Notes: generated from the sequence alone by a model not told the origin. Counted from the whole stretch's first letter, positions 37,896 through 52,140 are shown. The stretch is 63,339 bases of DNA, filler included, from Octopus bimaculoides (GCF_001194135.2; 6 parts of 6 records of this genome joined end to end with filler, not necessarily neighbours in it), one strand, 5' to 3'. Program-made: numbers and translations.

Positions 37896-38639
37896 AATAA
37901 TTTTTTTTTGTTTCGTTAAACTTTTACATAATCGCCCGAAAACTGGCATCGAAATGAAAATCAGATTAGCGATTTGTGAATTTTCAAATTTCTCAAACAT
38001 TATTTTGTATATCAATTTTTATCTATCTGTCAGTCTGTCTCTATCTATTTATCTATCTGCCCCTCTCATTCTCTCTCCCTTTCTCCTTCTCTCTCTCCCT
38101 CTCTCTTTCTCTCACACACACCTGACTGTATGCATATCTCTCTATATATATATGTCTATATGAACATACATCAAAGTATATATATATATATAATATATAA
38201 TTTGCGGGTCATTCTTGTGTAGGGGCAATGCGAATCTTTTTTGTATCTTTTTTGTAGCTAGTATATATGTATGTGTATTTATATATATATATGTGTGTGT
38301 GTGTGTATGAATATATGTATGTATATGTGTATGTAAGTATGTTAGCATATATGCATGTATGCATATTTATACGCGCGAGTGTATGTGTGCGTGTTTGTTT
38401 GTGTGGATGTCTGCGTATGTGTGTGTTTGCATTTGTGTGTGTGTGGGGGGGGGTATGTGTGTGTGTGATTGTGCATATAATATAGACAGAAACATTGAAA
38501 GTGAGAAAACCAGAAAGAATTCAGAAAAACAGAACGGTAGTGCACTAAAAAAACGTTTGGAATTTTTCTGTCACACCTCACACAAATTTTCTCACAAGCA
38601 CATCATTTTTTCATGCTTTGTGTTTGTTCTTTGTCTTAG

Positions 38640-38705
38640 ACGTTTGCTCAGATTCTGCAATCTCCTCTGATGTCCATCTTTAACAACTTCACAGACAGCA
38701 GAGGG
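38640..38705 (+). CDS. Candidate 66-nt internal exon (phase 0-0), TFAQILQSPLMSIFNNFTDSRG
   Basis: Long polypyrimidine tract tttgtgtttgttctttgtcttag and donor GGG|gtaaat. Only one frame is open. Confidence 0.4.
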
Positions 38706-38833
38706 GTAAATAAGGACACTACTACGAAATAACAACTTAATCGATATATCGATTGATCATATACCAGCCTCTGTTGTGTGAATACGAATGATGCAGTGCT
38801 TATGATTAGAAGAAATTTGAGTTTTACATTAAT

Positions 38834-39070
38834 TCTTATTTCTTTACTGTCCACAAGGGGCTACACACAGAGGGGACAAACAAGGACAGACAAACGGATT
38901 AAGTCGATTATATCGACCCCGGTGCGTAACTGGTACTTATTTAATCGACCCGGAAAGGATGAAAGGCAAAGTCGACCACGCCGGAATTTGAACTCAGGAC
39001 GTAGCGGCAGACGAAATACCACTAAGCATTTCGTCCGGCGTGCTAACATGTCTGCCAGCTCACCGTCTTT
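38834..39070 (-). mobile_element. Full-length SINE family C
   Basis: Complete head-to-tail match with 51903-52140 on the + strand. Confidence 0.92.
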
Positions 39071-39136
39071 ACATTAATATCTATACATAAATTCTATACA
39101 CCTTGTTATCTGGTTATATATCCGATATTTTCATAT

Positions 39137-39400
39137 TAGGAGTGGCTGTGTGGTAAGAAGCTTGTTTCCCAACCACATGATTCCGAGTTCAGTCCCACTG
39201 CGCGGCATCTTGGTTAAGTGTCTTCTACTATAGCCACGGACCGACCATAGCCTTGTGAGTGGATTTGGTAGACGGAAACTGAAAGAAACCCGTTGTATAT
39301 ATACGTATATATATATGTGTGTGTGTTCGTGTGTATGTTTGTGTGTCTGTCTTTGTTCCCCCAACATTGCTTGACAACCGTAACTTGGCGGTTCGGCAAA
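39137..39400 (+). mobile_element. SINE family B: head, internal (TA)(TG) tract and internally deleted tail
   Basis: AGGAGTGGCTGTGTGGTAAG...GAAACTGAAAGAAACCCGTTGTATAT..(TG)n..TTTGTTCCCCCAACATTGCTTGACAACCG|TAACTTGGCGGTTCGGCAAAAG. Confidence 0.85.
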
Positions 39401-39829
39401 AGAATAACTAAGCTAATAGTAGATATAATGAAATATAAATTGATATCATAAAATATAAAATTCTACTTAAAAATAATTATAAAACTATCGAATGAAATAG
39501 GAATTACAAGAAAATAGGAGTTACAATTTCTTGAAAATAGCACCATGTTGTTTTACAAAAGTAAGATTGCAGTAAAAAATATATGATTGTGAAAAACTCT
39601 ATGTCTGAATGCATAGAAAGTCTGTTAAGATGCTGTTCATGATATTTCTTCTCAATCGGAAACTACAAATTGCCGGCAGCAACAGTAGCAAAAACATTAT
39701 GTAATTATATAGCTAATGTATTACCTCCTAGTTTTTTTTTATCATTTTCTTGTTGTTTGGTGCTTGTTTTCTTTTTGAAGGATTTCTTAGGCAAGATCTT
39801 TCGTTGATATCGTATTTTCCCATAGAAGG

Positions 39830-40030
39830 CGGGTAAGTGGCAGAATCGTTAACGCGCCTGAAAATTCTCAGTGGCATTTCTTTCGACTTTCAAATGCCGC
39901 CGGGGTCGACTTTGCCCTTCGTCCTTTCGAAGTCGATAAAATAAGTACCAATTGGTCACTGGGTCGATGTAATCGACTTACTCCCTCATACCCCCAAATT
40001 GCTGGCCTTGTGCTAATATTTGAAATCGAT
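39830..40030 (+). mobile_element. SINE family C, TTGCTGGCCTTGTGC tail variant
   Basis: AAGGCGGGTAAGTGGCAGAATCG...GGGGTCGACTTTGCC...GGGTCGATGTAATCGACTTA. Confidence 0.8.
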
Positions 40031-41374
40031 ATTGTATTTCCTTCCTGACTGGAAAATTTGTCTTGTATTTCCTAGTGTTGAATATAGTAGAACCGTATCT
40101 CCTACTGCCCCCATATCCATTGCTATCTGAAGTTTTCACAACCCTACCATTATGTCACTATCAGAATCTCAATGACTGAATATATCAAATGGAACGTACG
40201 TCAGCATAAAATAATAAATATATAATATTTCTGGTGACGTAATGCTGTAATAGAATCTGTAGACTGTTGTTGCAAACACTCGTAGTATTTTGCACGTAGT
40301 ATTTTATCCCTGTTGCCAATACAAGTCAAATTGGTATAACATCTAATAACTGAATTAGTGTTATATTATGAATACAAGACAACTACGAGGGTGGATTATT
40401 GTATCAAGTAAAACCTATTTTCTATAATTGTGTGACCATGTGCCAATTTCTGAAATAATTTTATATTTTCTTTTGACAGAGATCAATAGAGCTTAATTAT
40501 CTTAGATCCTTTGGCACAGTCTCGACATTGGCAACTGTCGTGTCAATACACAGATTTAGAATGATTTAGTCAGAAAAATACAGAATGTCAATGTTTTGTG
40601 TTGGGGAAAAGTAAAATCAATCTAATCGATACAAGAATATTACATTTACAAAGTTTATTGTCGTTGTCGGAATGAAAACACTGACGTGGGAATGAATTTT
40701 TCTTTTCTAAGAACCAAATATATTATTATCAAATAATTTGACGAATTTCAGCCAGCCCTTGTCGCTTCTACGAAAAATATTGTTTTGTATCAGATTCTAA
40801 ATTTGTATTTTTCTGTGTGTGTCAATGGTAAATCATTTTTAAGAATCTATGATCAGTTTTCTTTAATTGTCCATTATTTTTTACTAAAAGGAATCACACA
40901 GCATTAGCAGGCTATATATGACCAATATGAAAAAGTGTGGCAGCTACATCATAAAAGAGTCGGGTAATAACAAACGAAGCACTGTAACCTGTCAGTTGTC
41001 AGGTTACAAATGTGTGACGGAAATTTTGGCACTTCATGAAACATATTTAAATTGAAAGTGAATTTAACAAACTTATGAGTCATTAAATGGTTCCTCCATG
41101 CTGTAGTTCCTTCTGTTGCAACACAGACTTAGATTAAGACACTTGAAAGACAATTACAATTCCAAAATATGAGCGTCCTATATTTAAAATTCCATGGCTG
41201 CTTTTCGCTTCTGCACATATTGGTCGCAATACAAATCTGAAACGAGAAGCAGTTTCGAATTCTAGCTAAAGCAAAAATGAATATCTTTCAAAAATAATTA
41301 CAAAAGAAATAATTAGTTAAGTGCCGTCGCCATGAAAATAATGTTTACGTAGCTAATTACAATTGAATTTTCAG

Positions 41375-41543
41375 ACCTGATTGAGATACCGGATGTAGCC
41401 TGTGACCGCATCGGAATCTATCGACGCGTCGTGAGAGACGTGGCCAACCGGAAGAATGATACACAAATTCCCATTAGTGCTGTATCGGCAGACTGCATCG
41501 GACTACTCTCTAACTCCTGCCTCGTTCTGAAGATTGTTTGAGG
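41375..41543 (+). CDS. Candidate last coding exon of an unidentified gene: xLIEIPDVACDRIGIYRRVVRDVANRKNDTQIPISAVSADCIGLLSNSCLVLKIV*
   Basis: Branch-like CTAAT at 41353-41357 and acceptor gaattttcag at 41374. Only the phase-1 frame is open (stop at 41539-41541). Donor AGG|gtatga lies at 41544. The exon is markedly more GC-rich than its flanks and has no repeat similarity in the window. Confidence 0.6.
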
Positions 41544-41574
41544 GTATGAAACCGTTAGCAACATGATACAAACT

Positions 41575-41711
41575 TTCTTCTTCTTCTTCTTCTTCTTCTT
41601 CTTCTTCTTCTTCTTCTTCTTCTTTTTCTTCTTCTTCTTCTTCTTCTTCTTCTTCTTCTTCTTCTTCTTCTTCTTCTTCTTCTTCTTCTTCTTCTTCTTC
41701 TTCTTCTTCTC
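41575..41711. repeat. (TTC)n microsatellite
   Basis: Directly visible in the sequence. Confidence 0.95.
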
Positions 41712-42439
41712 ATGTACAACGTTTATAACTTCTACTACTTATTGCTTTTAAATTAAATGAAAACATCTGTACTTCTAGTTTAGAATAAAAGAAACTGAGA
41801 TATAACAATTTACTCTTCATCGATAAATTTTTCGGGCAAGGAGGCACTTGCTTTTGTAACTGTGGCGTATCCACACATTTTCCCTTATTTACATTTGACC
41901 AATGTACAGGAATTTTGTTTAGTTTTGGTTAGCAATGAAAACAAAGCCAATTTTGCTGCTTGCTTCGTTCGTGTGATAGTTATTCTCTTGTTGGTTGGCG
42001 TTTCATTAAATATTTTTCTTTTATGCATTCTAAAATTAGATATCCTTGGTTATATCTGTGTTAAATTAAAATTTGTAGTGTTTCATTTTCTTCTAAAACC
42101 CTTTTTCTGTATTCAGTTTATTTGTCATTGTATTCCTTGTGGCCACAGCTAATAATAGACCATCGTCCCGTTCCTTCAAATTTGGCCATACACACCGAAG
42201 AAACTCATAAATGAAACAAAATGGATAATTGCAAACAAATGCTCCACAAAACAAATATCTAAAATGACTCTTCAATTTCTCCTCCCCACCCTCGATGTGG
42301 TGGGCATTCAAGAATTGACCCGATACATTTTGTTTGGCACAAAGAAAGGATACAACACACTCCATTCATGAGATAATAATAAAAGAAAGTCCTCTCCATA
42401 TAGCTTTGCGAAATGCATGATTACAAAGATCATCACTCC

Positions 42440-42690
<251 letters not shown>

Positions 42691-42945
42691 CTTAGTGTTA
42701 TTTCTTTCACCTGTTTTAATTAGTCGAAAGAAAATTAATAGCTGTCGACTTCGCCATTACAACGACTGAAAATTAAATACACAAAACAATGTGTGTGTGC
42801 GTTCATGTGTGTGTGTATGTGTGTGTATTTGTTTGTGTGCATGTGTGAGTGTCAGTGTGCGTGTGCATGTGGGTGTGCATGATGTATGAGTGCGTGCGTG
42901 AATGAAGCGTACACGTGTATGTGTTGAATGTGACTCTGTGCACGG

Positions 42946-43030
<85 letters not shown>

Positions 43031-43299
43031 TGTGTGTATGTTTGTGTGTGTGTGTGTAAATGAAATAAATAGTTTCGAAATGAGCGAAGATTTCCAAGAT
43101 AAAACCATGACGTCTCTCTTGGCGTGCTTTTATCTCTTAGTTCTATTCTTTCTTTACCATTTCATTTGAAGATGCTGGAATTCATCCCTGAAAATAAATT
43201 ATTTTGGAAAGAAGAAAATGAAGGTCTTTATTTTTTATTTCTCTACATTTTATATTCTTTTTTGCACTTTCATGCATTTTATTGATCACTATTATTATC

Positions 43300-43361
<62 letters not shown>

Positions 43362-43372
43362 CATTATTATTA

Positions 43373-43845
43373 CCTTTGCACAGCTTCTAACGCTGGAGAT
43401 GTACTACGGTGGCAGCTGTTCACTACCAGTGAACTAATGTAACACCTCTTATTTTTCAAGCACCTACCGGAGTATTCGAGCAGTTCCAAGCAGTGTTGTT
43501 TTCTGCAAGTGCTCCACCCTTATTGGAGCCCCTATTTATTTTAATTTCAAGGTCTTTGTACTTTGACAATTTCACCACTTCTTTTTTTGACAATATTTTG
43601 ATCAGAAGGGATTGTAATGTCTGTCAGTAAGCAGGGGTTTTTTGTTTCCTAATCCTTGATATTTGGGGGGGCAATTAGCTTTATTTCTTTGTCGGTTTGA
43701 ACCGCCATATTTCAGATGATTTTGGCCCGGTCGTTGTCTTGTACATTGTTTGGCACATGTTTATACCACCTATTGTCAATTTTAATGTTGTAATGTTGGC
43801 ATATTGTCCAGTGGATATACACACACAGTCACATATACACACCAC
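43373..43845 (-). mobile_element. R4/Dong-like RLE 3' fragment abutting (TAA)n
   Basis: YIHWTICQHYNIKIDNRWYKHVP...AVQTDKEIKAN...KLSKYKDLEIKI|...VEHLQKTTLLGTARILR. (TTA)n lies at 43290-43372. Confidence 0.85.
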
Positions 43846-43999
43846 GCGTGAGCGCGCGCACACACCTAGACGCGCACGTATTTCTAATTACATATATATA
43901 CATACGTATATATGTGTACATATTGAGCATATATATATGTATCACATATATGCGTATATGAGCGTGTGTGCCTATGTGTATGTGTATGTGTTGGTCAAC

Positions 44000-44950
44000 T
44001 CAATTGAAATAGAACGACAGTTCTATTATTATAAAGGGAATTTTAGCGATTATGTTTGCAGCTGGTGGACACCAGTAACAAGTATCAAATGCCTTGTGGT
44101 TTTTCCATCCATAGTTATTAATAGGATAAGAACGGTCATTATTTTCAGTGTTTGTGACCGTTCCAAAAGGACAACTGACTGGAATTCTCTTTAGATAAGT
44201 TTTTCGTTTCATTCATATTTTTTTATCACAAAGAAAGTTGTTAACAGGCAATATTCGTAACTTCCTCACCAGAATTTCAAGATTTCTATCACCAATAAAT
44301 TTTGTCCTGTCTTAGAATCATTTCCGTCTTCAGAGATGCAACATTTTTTTCTCTTTTGGACATAACCTAGCAATTAAACTATGGATATATAATTGTTTTT
44401 CTACTCATTTTTTTTCTCTGTGATAACCACATATGGCTGGCGTATACTTATCATCCAGTCGGTAACATCTTAAACCTAACTCAAGGGCTCAACGCTCATT
44501 CATTTTTTTCAGGTACTCTAGAGTATTGTTATACCATTTAGAGAATTCAGTTGTAGATCTGATAGTATTTCAATATATTAACTAGCGCCAGGGCTCAGCT
44601 GTTTTCTCATAGCTTTGTAATCATTCAATGAGAGCTAATAACATTGTATCCTCTAAGCACATTTTCTATTATCTCATCAAATTCTCTTCTCACATAGCTT
44701 TTAGAGTTTCCTGACGTTAGCAATATTGATTTCTTCTCGTAGTTGGTGTTAAGGTAAAGCTTTTCTGCTGCAGTTGTCAGCTTCTTTCTTTACTCTAAGA
44801 GTTAGATTTAGCAATCATAACTCATACGTCGCAAATTTCTTCATAAATTCTCCGGGGATTCTTACAAAGATAGATGCACATTCGCACTTGATGGATATTT
44901 TTTTCCTTTCTTTTAACGGTCGCTGATGACTTATTCTGCATATTTGTGAC
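44000..44950 (-). mobile_element. Decayed coding-like block, possibly a LINE ORF N-terminal region
   Basis: Residual frame KTYLKRIPVSCPFGTVTNTENNDRSYPINNYGWKNHKAFDTCYWCPPAA. No diagnostic motif confirmed. Confidence 0.25.
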
Positions 44951-46410
44951 CTTGTGTCAAGGTTATAAGTTATTGTTAATATTATTGTTGTGTACTTTTT
45001 CTTTCATTTTCTCTCTTTATTTTAGTTATTTTAATTTATGCTTACATTGTTACTGGGTTATGAAGATGACATTAAACGACGTACGTGAGACAGTTCTGTG
45101 CATAATATGGCGCCAAATTACTCTCAGTTGAAATATCACCAAGGTTGACATAGTGCTAGAAACAGTTCAGCCCTGATTAATTACAGATAGCCAGGAAAGA
45201 CCCATATCGGAATACTGCTCATATATACTGAAAGGGGTCCTGCTACAAGTCCGAACATTATAGATCGCATCTAAAGACGAGACCCAGTAAAAGGGTCAAA
45301 GGTGTTGTCGTTTCTCTCTCATTAAGCCACAAATTGATAAATCTATATCGCGTTTTACTATGATTTACCGTGTAATGTTGCCGTCTCTGCTCTGAAGTTC
45401 ATCGTGTAATTAGTTTAGTTGACTATATTATTGTATGAAGATGTTTTCCTAACGTCTCTCATCGACCAAATAAAGTTTGTAGGAAGAGGCACAGCCGAGA
45501 AAGATCGGAGACTTATCAGATTCAGCGACCAAATAATTTAGCCGTAAGGTAGACATTTTTCCAAGTCCCGAGAAGTCTGCCATTCAAATTATTGAGCAGA
45601 TTAAGGTGAAATACTATTTAACGATATAGTGTAATTTAATGAATGATATTGAGAGGGAGAGGGGGGGGACGAGAGAGAAATAGCGCTTACGGTTGGGTGG
45701 CTGGGGGTGGGGTAAGAGCGAGATAAAGGAAGGAAAAAGAAAGGAAAAATCAGTGCTAATACTGAATTATATTTAGCGAATGTTTTCCTTTGTCTTCTGT
45801 TGCTATGTTTGAAAAATATCTGTTAGGAAACAGGTTCAACCAAACAAACATATATACACACAAAAAACAAACAAACAGAAGCACACAACACACTGGTACA
45901 GACATACATACACGTGCACACACACACACGTACAAACACGCGGCCACACACCCACTTACACTGACAGACACGTATACACACACACAAATATAAAACTAGG
46001 GAGAGGTCAGAGTCAGTAGAAATGAGGTCGACAATTAAAGGCTGGACTTTCATGAAATTGCACAGGAATTCCCGGACAAAATTATTAATAACTTATTAAA
46101 ATATTTATTTGCCGGTGGCGATGTTGTGGGAGAAGTTAGAAATAGAACTTGTAGAGATTTTGCAGTCGATAACAACAGGCTTTTATTGAATTAAGTCAAT
46201 GAAAAACATGTCTGTCAAATAACAGAGGTCTAACATAGCTTTTCGCCATACCCTGGTTTCAACATCCGCTCTATGAATTATTGAGTACGATCTTTAATAA
46301 GCTGTTCGTGCGTGTGTATAACAGGCATGAATACACAGCTACTTGCCTGTACGGCAATTTACGCTTAAACATCCACACACCCACACATACATATATGTGT
46401 ATGCGTGTAT

Positions 46411-46471
<61 letters not shown>

Positions 46472-47553
46472 GGGATAATATAAACACATAGACACACTTA
46501 CACACAGACTCACACACAGTATCCACCTTTAACCCGATCAACACAAACAACGTAGATGAACAACAAAATACAAAGACCAACAACAACATCAACAAAACCA
46601 AATATGAATAAAGATTAAAAACAAACCAAAAATGTTAGATATAAAAAAGGAATAAAACCAGCCTTGAAGCTAACGAGAATTCCATTAGTTGCTGTGATAT
46701 TAAAATTGTCCAATGACAGAGGAATGATGCGGAAATAGAATTTGTACCAACGGCTATTGAGAGATTGCAACAAACGACACAAACTAAATGCTTCACGTGG
46801 GCTTTCGTGTACATACATATGACATCTGGTACATACACACAGGCGGAATTACACACAAACATCCACAAAGTAACTAATCAGAAACGCATAAATTTCATTT
46901 TTCTGTGATTAGTAGGACTGGTTCTCTCGACAGACCGGCCTCAATGTAAAGAAGAATACGTAACTGGCTGAGAGTGTAATCTTTTATGTTAAAGATTCTT
47001 TTTTTTATATATACTTATTCTTCAATAGCTTTCCTAAAACTATTAATGTTTCACACTCTCGGCATCATCCACAGAATGAGTGGACGAAATGGTAGCTGTG
47101 ACATATTAGAGACGCGTTTTGTAGAGGACTGCAAAGGGTCAAGAGGAAATTACTGTAACTGTAAAATCTTAGTGGTTAAAAAGTCACAAAAATATTACTT
47201 TAAGAAAATGCAAATGGTTTACATCGAAAAACAAAATTTATTAAAATATTACGAAGTTATTTCTATTAATGTTAATATTTATGTTTATATTCATGTCATC
47301 TATTTCCTTTGTCGTATGGAAATGGACAGAATTAAACAATTAAAGGTAATACCATGAATTCTAGTCTTTGATATATATGCGTGTGTGATTACACACACAC
47401 ACACACGTCAGCCCGCTCATACACATTATTTTTACCTCTGCTTGTATGCACCACAATCCATATTGGAGGATATCTCGTGATAACTATTGTAGTGTCTTTG
47501 TTTCTACACAACATCCACTTGTAAATAGTGATGAATATTAGGTTTTGCCACTA

Positions 47554-47599
<46 letters not shown>

Positions 47600-47600
47600 G

Positions 47601-47647
<47 letters not shown>

Positions 47648-49064
47648 TTCACTACTGATGGGCATTAATTCCAAGCAAAACTAGATGGCTAGAATAGTGA
47701 CCTCGCTATTAGTAAATATATTAGCAAATTAGTACTATATTAGCAAATATGTATGCATATGTATACATATGTTGCATGTATATATGTGCGCGTGCGTGTG
47801 TACATATGCATGTATAAATGTCACATTTTCTGGGGCTTCTTACATATGTTAAAATGTCTATTTGATGAGCACTGTTGTCTATATCCTCCCTGATGAGATT
47901 CATGCATTGCTGACCATTATTCATTCTGTCTGATTTATTATGAATGCATCATTCGAAACATATGTCGATGATATGACGATATAAATGATTTAATAACATC
48001 TTGAACGTTTGTCTCCTTGTTCAATTTTTCCTATTTTCTCCTAAATACATCTCGCTTATCCCCGGAATCTTATCCCACACAAGTGTGGACATTGTTTCCT
48101 AATACACTTAAGCAACATTTAGATACCTTGTAATTCCTCTGAATTTTTCTTATAAATTGTACACTTATATATATAAACAAAGAGAGAGATTTGAATGTCT
48201 GTGTGAAATTTCTTAATACAGTTTTTAAGTGTAACGGAGATTGTTTAAAAAGTAGTATAAAATTTTGGGGGATGAAGGTTTTTTCGTAATGTATGCAAGC
48301 GCCTTCTATTAACCTTCTGAAACACACGTGCTCTTGGCTAATGTATGAAAGAGGAAGTTGTTAATTTTTTTGTAGCAGTGATTGTCTTAATTATTTCCGG
48401 TTTATTTTCGAACTTAAGGATTTCATGAATTATTCTTCCTTTGTCTTTCGTCTTTCATAGTTGGTTATAAATATTCTTTCACCATTGTTTATTATATGAA
48501 ATGTTGTCTATTTTCTGTTTAATTTCGGATTTAGAATTCTTATGATGTAGTCTTTTTTTGCATTTCATAGATGAACATTTTCGTCATTTTTTTTTTTTTG
48601 TGAAATGAGAATGTTTTAAATTTTCCAGTTGCTCAGATATGTAAGTGCTCACCACATTGGACATACATACATATATACATACATACATGCCTACATACAT
48701 ACATACATACACACATACATACATACATAATACATACATATGGACATATAGACATATGTAAGAGTGCATAGTAGCTTGCGAAAGAAGGATGTAAATGATC
48801 AGATATGTATCTCATTCAGCGTAGGTTTTGGTGAAAGTCTTACAGAACTTGGATCGAGTGCAATGCAGTGAATGCGTAGGTGAGTGAGATAGTGTGACAG
48901 AGATACTTTTGAAAGTCTGTGTGTGACAAGGTATTAAACAGACGATAACTAAAATGGAGAGAACAAAAAGTAAATACACGAATATAACACAGAAAAAAAA
49001 TGAAACTAAAAACTAACATCAATAATCGACTACGTTGAATCGGAATGTTTTCTCTCGAAGATTT

Positions 49065-49137
49065 AGTAATAATAATAACGATAATAATAATGATAATAAT
49101 AATAATAATAATAATGATAATAATAATAATAATAATG

Positions 49138-49202
<65 letters not shown>

Positions 49203-49205
49203 TAC
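49065..49205. repeat. (TAA/TGA)n microsatellite
   Basis: Directly visible in the sequence. Confidence 0.95.
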
Positions 49206-49443
49206 AAAGCAAATACAAATATTAAAATACACACATGCACAAAAGAAAAAAATCTAGGAACACCAGAGTTAATCTTCATTCTCCACTGACCTTTATAAAT
49301 ATTACTCACACACAGACACAGACACACACCCACACACACACACACACATACACACACGGACATACAAACATATAATTACATATATACATACGTATACACA
49401 TATATACATGCATGCTTATCTAGCTATATCATTCTATCTATCA

Positions 49444-49497
<54 letters not shown>

Positions 49498-49719
49498 ATG
49501 TATGTATGCATGTATGTATATACATATATATATTTATATATTGGTGTGTGAGCGAGTGTTTGCGTCATTTGCGACAAGAACTTGTGTGTTCTTAATCCAT
49601 CTGAGAGAATCTCAGATAATCCATTGAGACAACGAAAGTAACATGTGCTATTAATGGTTGGATATCTGTCCTTCCAGTTTTGCTGATTCGCTGAGACTTA
49701 AATCACACAATCTCTCTCA

Positions 49720-49771
<52 letters not shown>

Positions 49772-50298
49772 CTCCTTCTCTCTCTTTCTCTCTCTCTCTG
49801 TAGACTACACCAAAAATTGGTTTCGTTTAATCATAAAATATAATCACACAAGCAATCGTATATATGTAAAAACACGCACATAATATGAGNNNNNNNNNNN
49901 NNNNNNNNNNNNNNNNNNNNNNNNNNNNNNNNNNNNNNNNNNNNNNNNNNNNNNNNNNNNNNNNNNNNNNNNNNNNNNNNNNNNNNNNNNNNNNNNNNNN
50001 NNNNNNNNNNNNNNNNNNNNNNNNNNNNNNNNNNNNNNNNNNNNNNNNNNNNNNNNNNNNNNNNNNNNNNNNNNNNNNNNNNNNNNNNNNNNNNNNNNNN
50101 NNNNNNNNNNNNNNNNNNNNNNNNNNNNNNNNNNNNNNNNNNNNNNNNNNNNNNNNNNNNNNNNNNNNNNNNNNNNNNNNNNNNNNNNNNNNNNNNNNNN
50201 NNNNNNNNNNNNNNNNNNNNTATAATATATATATATAAATGTATGTATATACATATGTATATGTATATATATATTGTATAAAGGATCGGGGGAAGGGC

Positions 50299-50337
<39 letters not shown>

Positions 50338-50734
50338 CGTGTGTGTGTGTGTATGTATGTATGTATGTATGTATGTATGTATGTATCGAAGCACCACCAA
50401 TAACGTTAACATTATTGATGCGAAAGACTTAGTGAATGTGTTTTCTTTAAACGCTTACTATCTGCGAGCCTTCGTCCGACGGAAGACCATTTAAGACGTA
50501 ACGATTTAGAGTGCACTTTATGTTTCAGAACCAAGAGGAACAAATCGGCCAGGGAATAATCACTGGACGTAATACAACAAACTGAAACCGCTTACATGCA
50601 ACGTATTAAAATTTTCTGTAGACTCTAAGGATACTAGCGGATTTCCCCAAGTATTTCCGGTAAAAGAAGTCGTGTAAGATAGCATCTGGTAGCTGATAAC
50701 GACGAGGATCTTTGACAAGCGTGCTATAACATTG

Positions 50735-51060
50735 GCTACGTGTTAAGCGTCTTGCTTCCCAACCACATGGTTTCGTGTTCACTACTACACCGTTTTAGCT
50801 TGGGCAGGTATCTTCTAGTATAGCCTCAGGCCGACCAAAGCCCTGTGGGTGGGAATTGAAAGAAGCCTATCGTATACAAACGTATGTGTATGTGTGAAAG
50901 TGCATGGCTTAGTAGTTGTAGCGTTGAGCTCACAATCACGCGGCAGTGAGTTTAATTCCCAAAGCAGGGTGTGTTCTGTTCTTGAGTAAGACACTTTATT
51001 TCACGTTGCTCCAGTTCACTCAGTTATAGAGATAAGTTGCGACGTGACTGGTGCCAAGCC
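50735..51060 (+). mobile_element. SINE family B head (50735-50885) followed by a family D copy (50905-51060)
   Basis: CCAACCACATGGTTTCG...GGCCGACCAAAGCC, then GCATGGCTTAGTAG...TTCTTGAGTAAGACACTTTATTTCACGTTGCTCCAG. Confidence 0.75.
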
Positions 51061-51092
51061 AAATCGGGCTTTGCTTTTCACGGTGGCGTGAA

Positions 51093-51125
<33 letters not shown>

Positions 51126-51231
51126 NNNNNNNNNNNNNNNNNNNNNNNNNNNNNNNNNNNNNNNNNNNNNNNNNNNNNNNNNNNNNNNNNNNNNNNNNNN
51201 NNNNNNNNNNNNNNNNNNNNNNNNNNNNNNN

Positions 51232-51280
<49 letters not shown>

Positions 51281-51559
51281 TACCTACACGTGACTGCTGA
51301 AGTGTCTATTCCAAGGAGATAGGATTTCTGTAATTTTCTTCACTTTAGTATTGAATCCATTTACATTCCTGTTACAAAAAACAAATGGCTACATACTAGG
51401 ATCTGCAACTTCTAGCGATATTTATGTAAACCACAATTTCTTTGTGTATGACTTCAAAATTTTTTGCTAGAAAGGTGAACAATTCCAAAATCAGCTGGAA
51501 TTGATGACAATATTTTCAGTTGACATGGGAATGGAATTTGGTCAAAACAAACGTTAATA

Positions 51560-51860
51560 TTTGATTGTTGAACGTGGAAAATGAGTAAATGGTTTCATTA
51601 TCACTCCTGTCCCCACACAAAGAATGCTCAATACCTAGGTATCGATGAAAATATATACTAATGAACTGTGAATAAAAATAGTGATGAAAGAATGTTATGC
51701 CAAACTTAGAAAAATATAGCAGTCGGAATTCTCGCCTTACAATAAAACAATATCCAGCAATGGATTTCCAATACCAGTGCAGATTCCAACGTTTGTGATG
51801 TTTGACAGGTTTGTAGAATATATCCACACCATAGACATTACAACCACAAGAAGCTCTCAT
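51560..51860 (+). mobile_element. RLE-type LINE RT-thumb fragment, Hero-like
   Basis: QYLGIDENI...VMKECYAKLRKI*QSEFSPYNKTISSNGFPIPV.IPTF...TIDI on the + strand, with frameshifts. Confidence 0.65.
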
Positions 51861-51902
51861 AAATAGTTATTCTCTACAGAAATAGTAAGAAATAGAAATA
51901 GA

Positions 51903-52140
51903 AAGGCGGCGAGCTGGTAGAAACGTTAGCACACCGGGCGAAATGCTTAGCGGTATTTCGTCTGCCGCTACGTTCTGAGTTCAAATTCCGCCGAGGTCGA
52001 TTTTGCTTTTCATCCTTTCGGGGTCGATTAAATAAGTACCTGTTACGCACTGAGGTCAATATAATCGACTTAATCCGTTTGTCTGTCCTAGTTTGTCCCC
52101 TCTGTGCGTCGCCCCTTGTGGGCAGTAAAGAAATAAGAAA
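51903..52140 (+). mobile_element. Full-length young SINE family C
   Basis: AAGGCGGCGAGCTGGTAGAAACG...GAGTTCAAATTCCGCCGAGGTCG...CCCCTTGTGGGCAGTAAAGAAATAAG. Confidence 0.95.

Noticed and set aside
46986-47357. 123-aa ORF and an internal 80-nt exon-like piece (MSGRNGSCDILETRFVEDCKGSRGNY)
   Set aside because: The flanks are low-complexity and AT-rich, the donor is weak, and no motif is recognisable.
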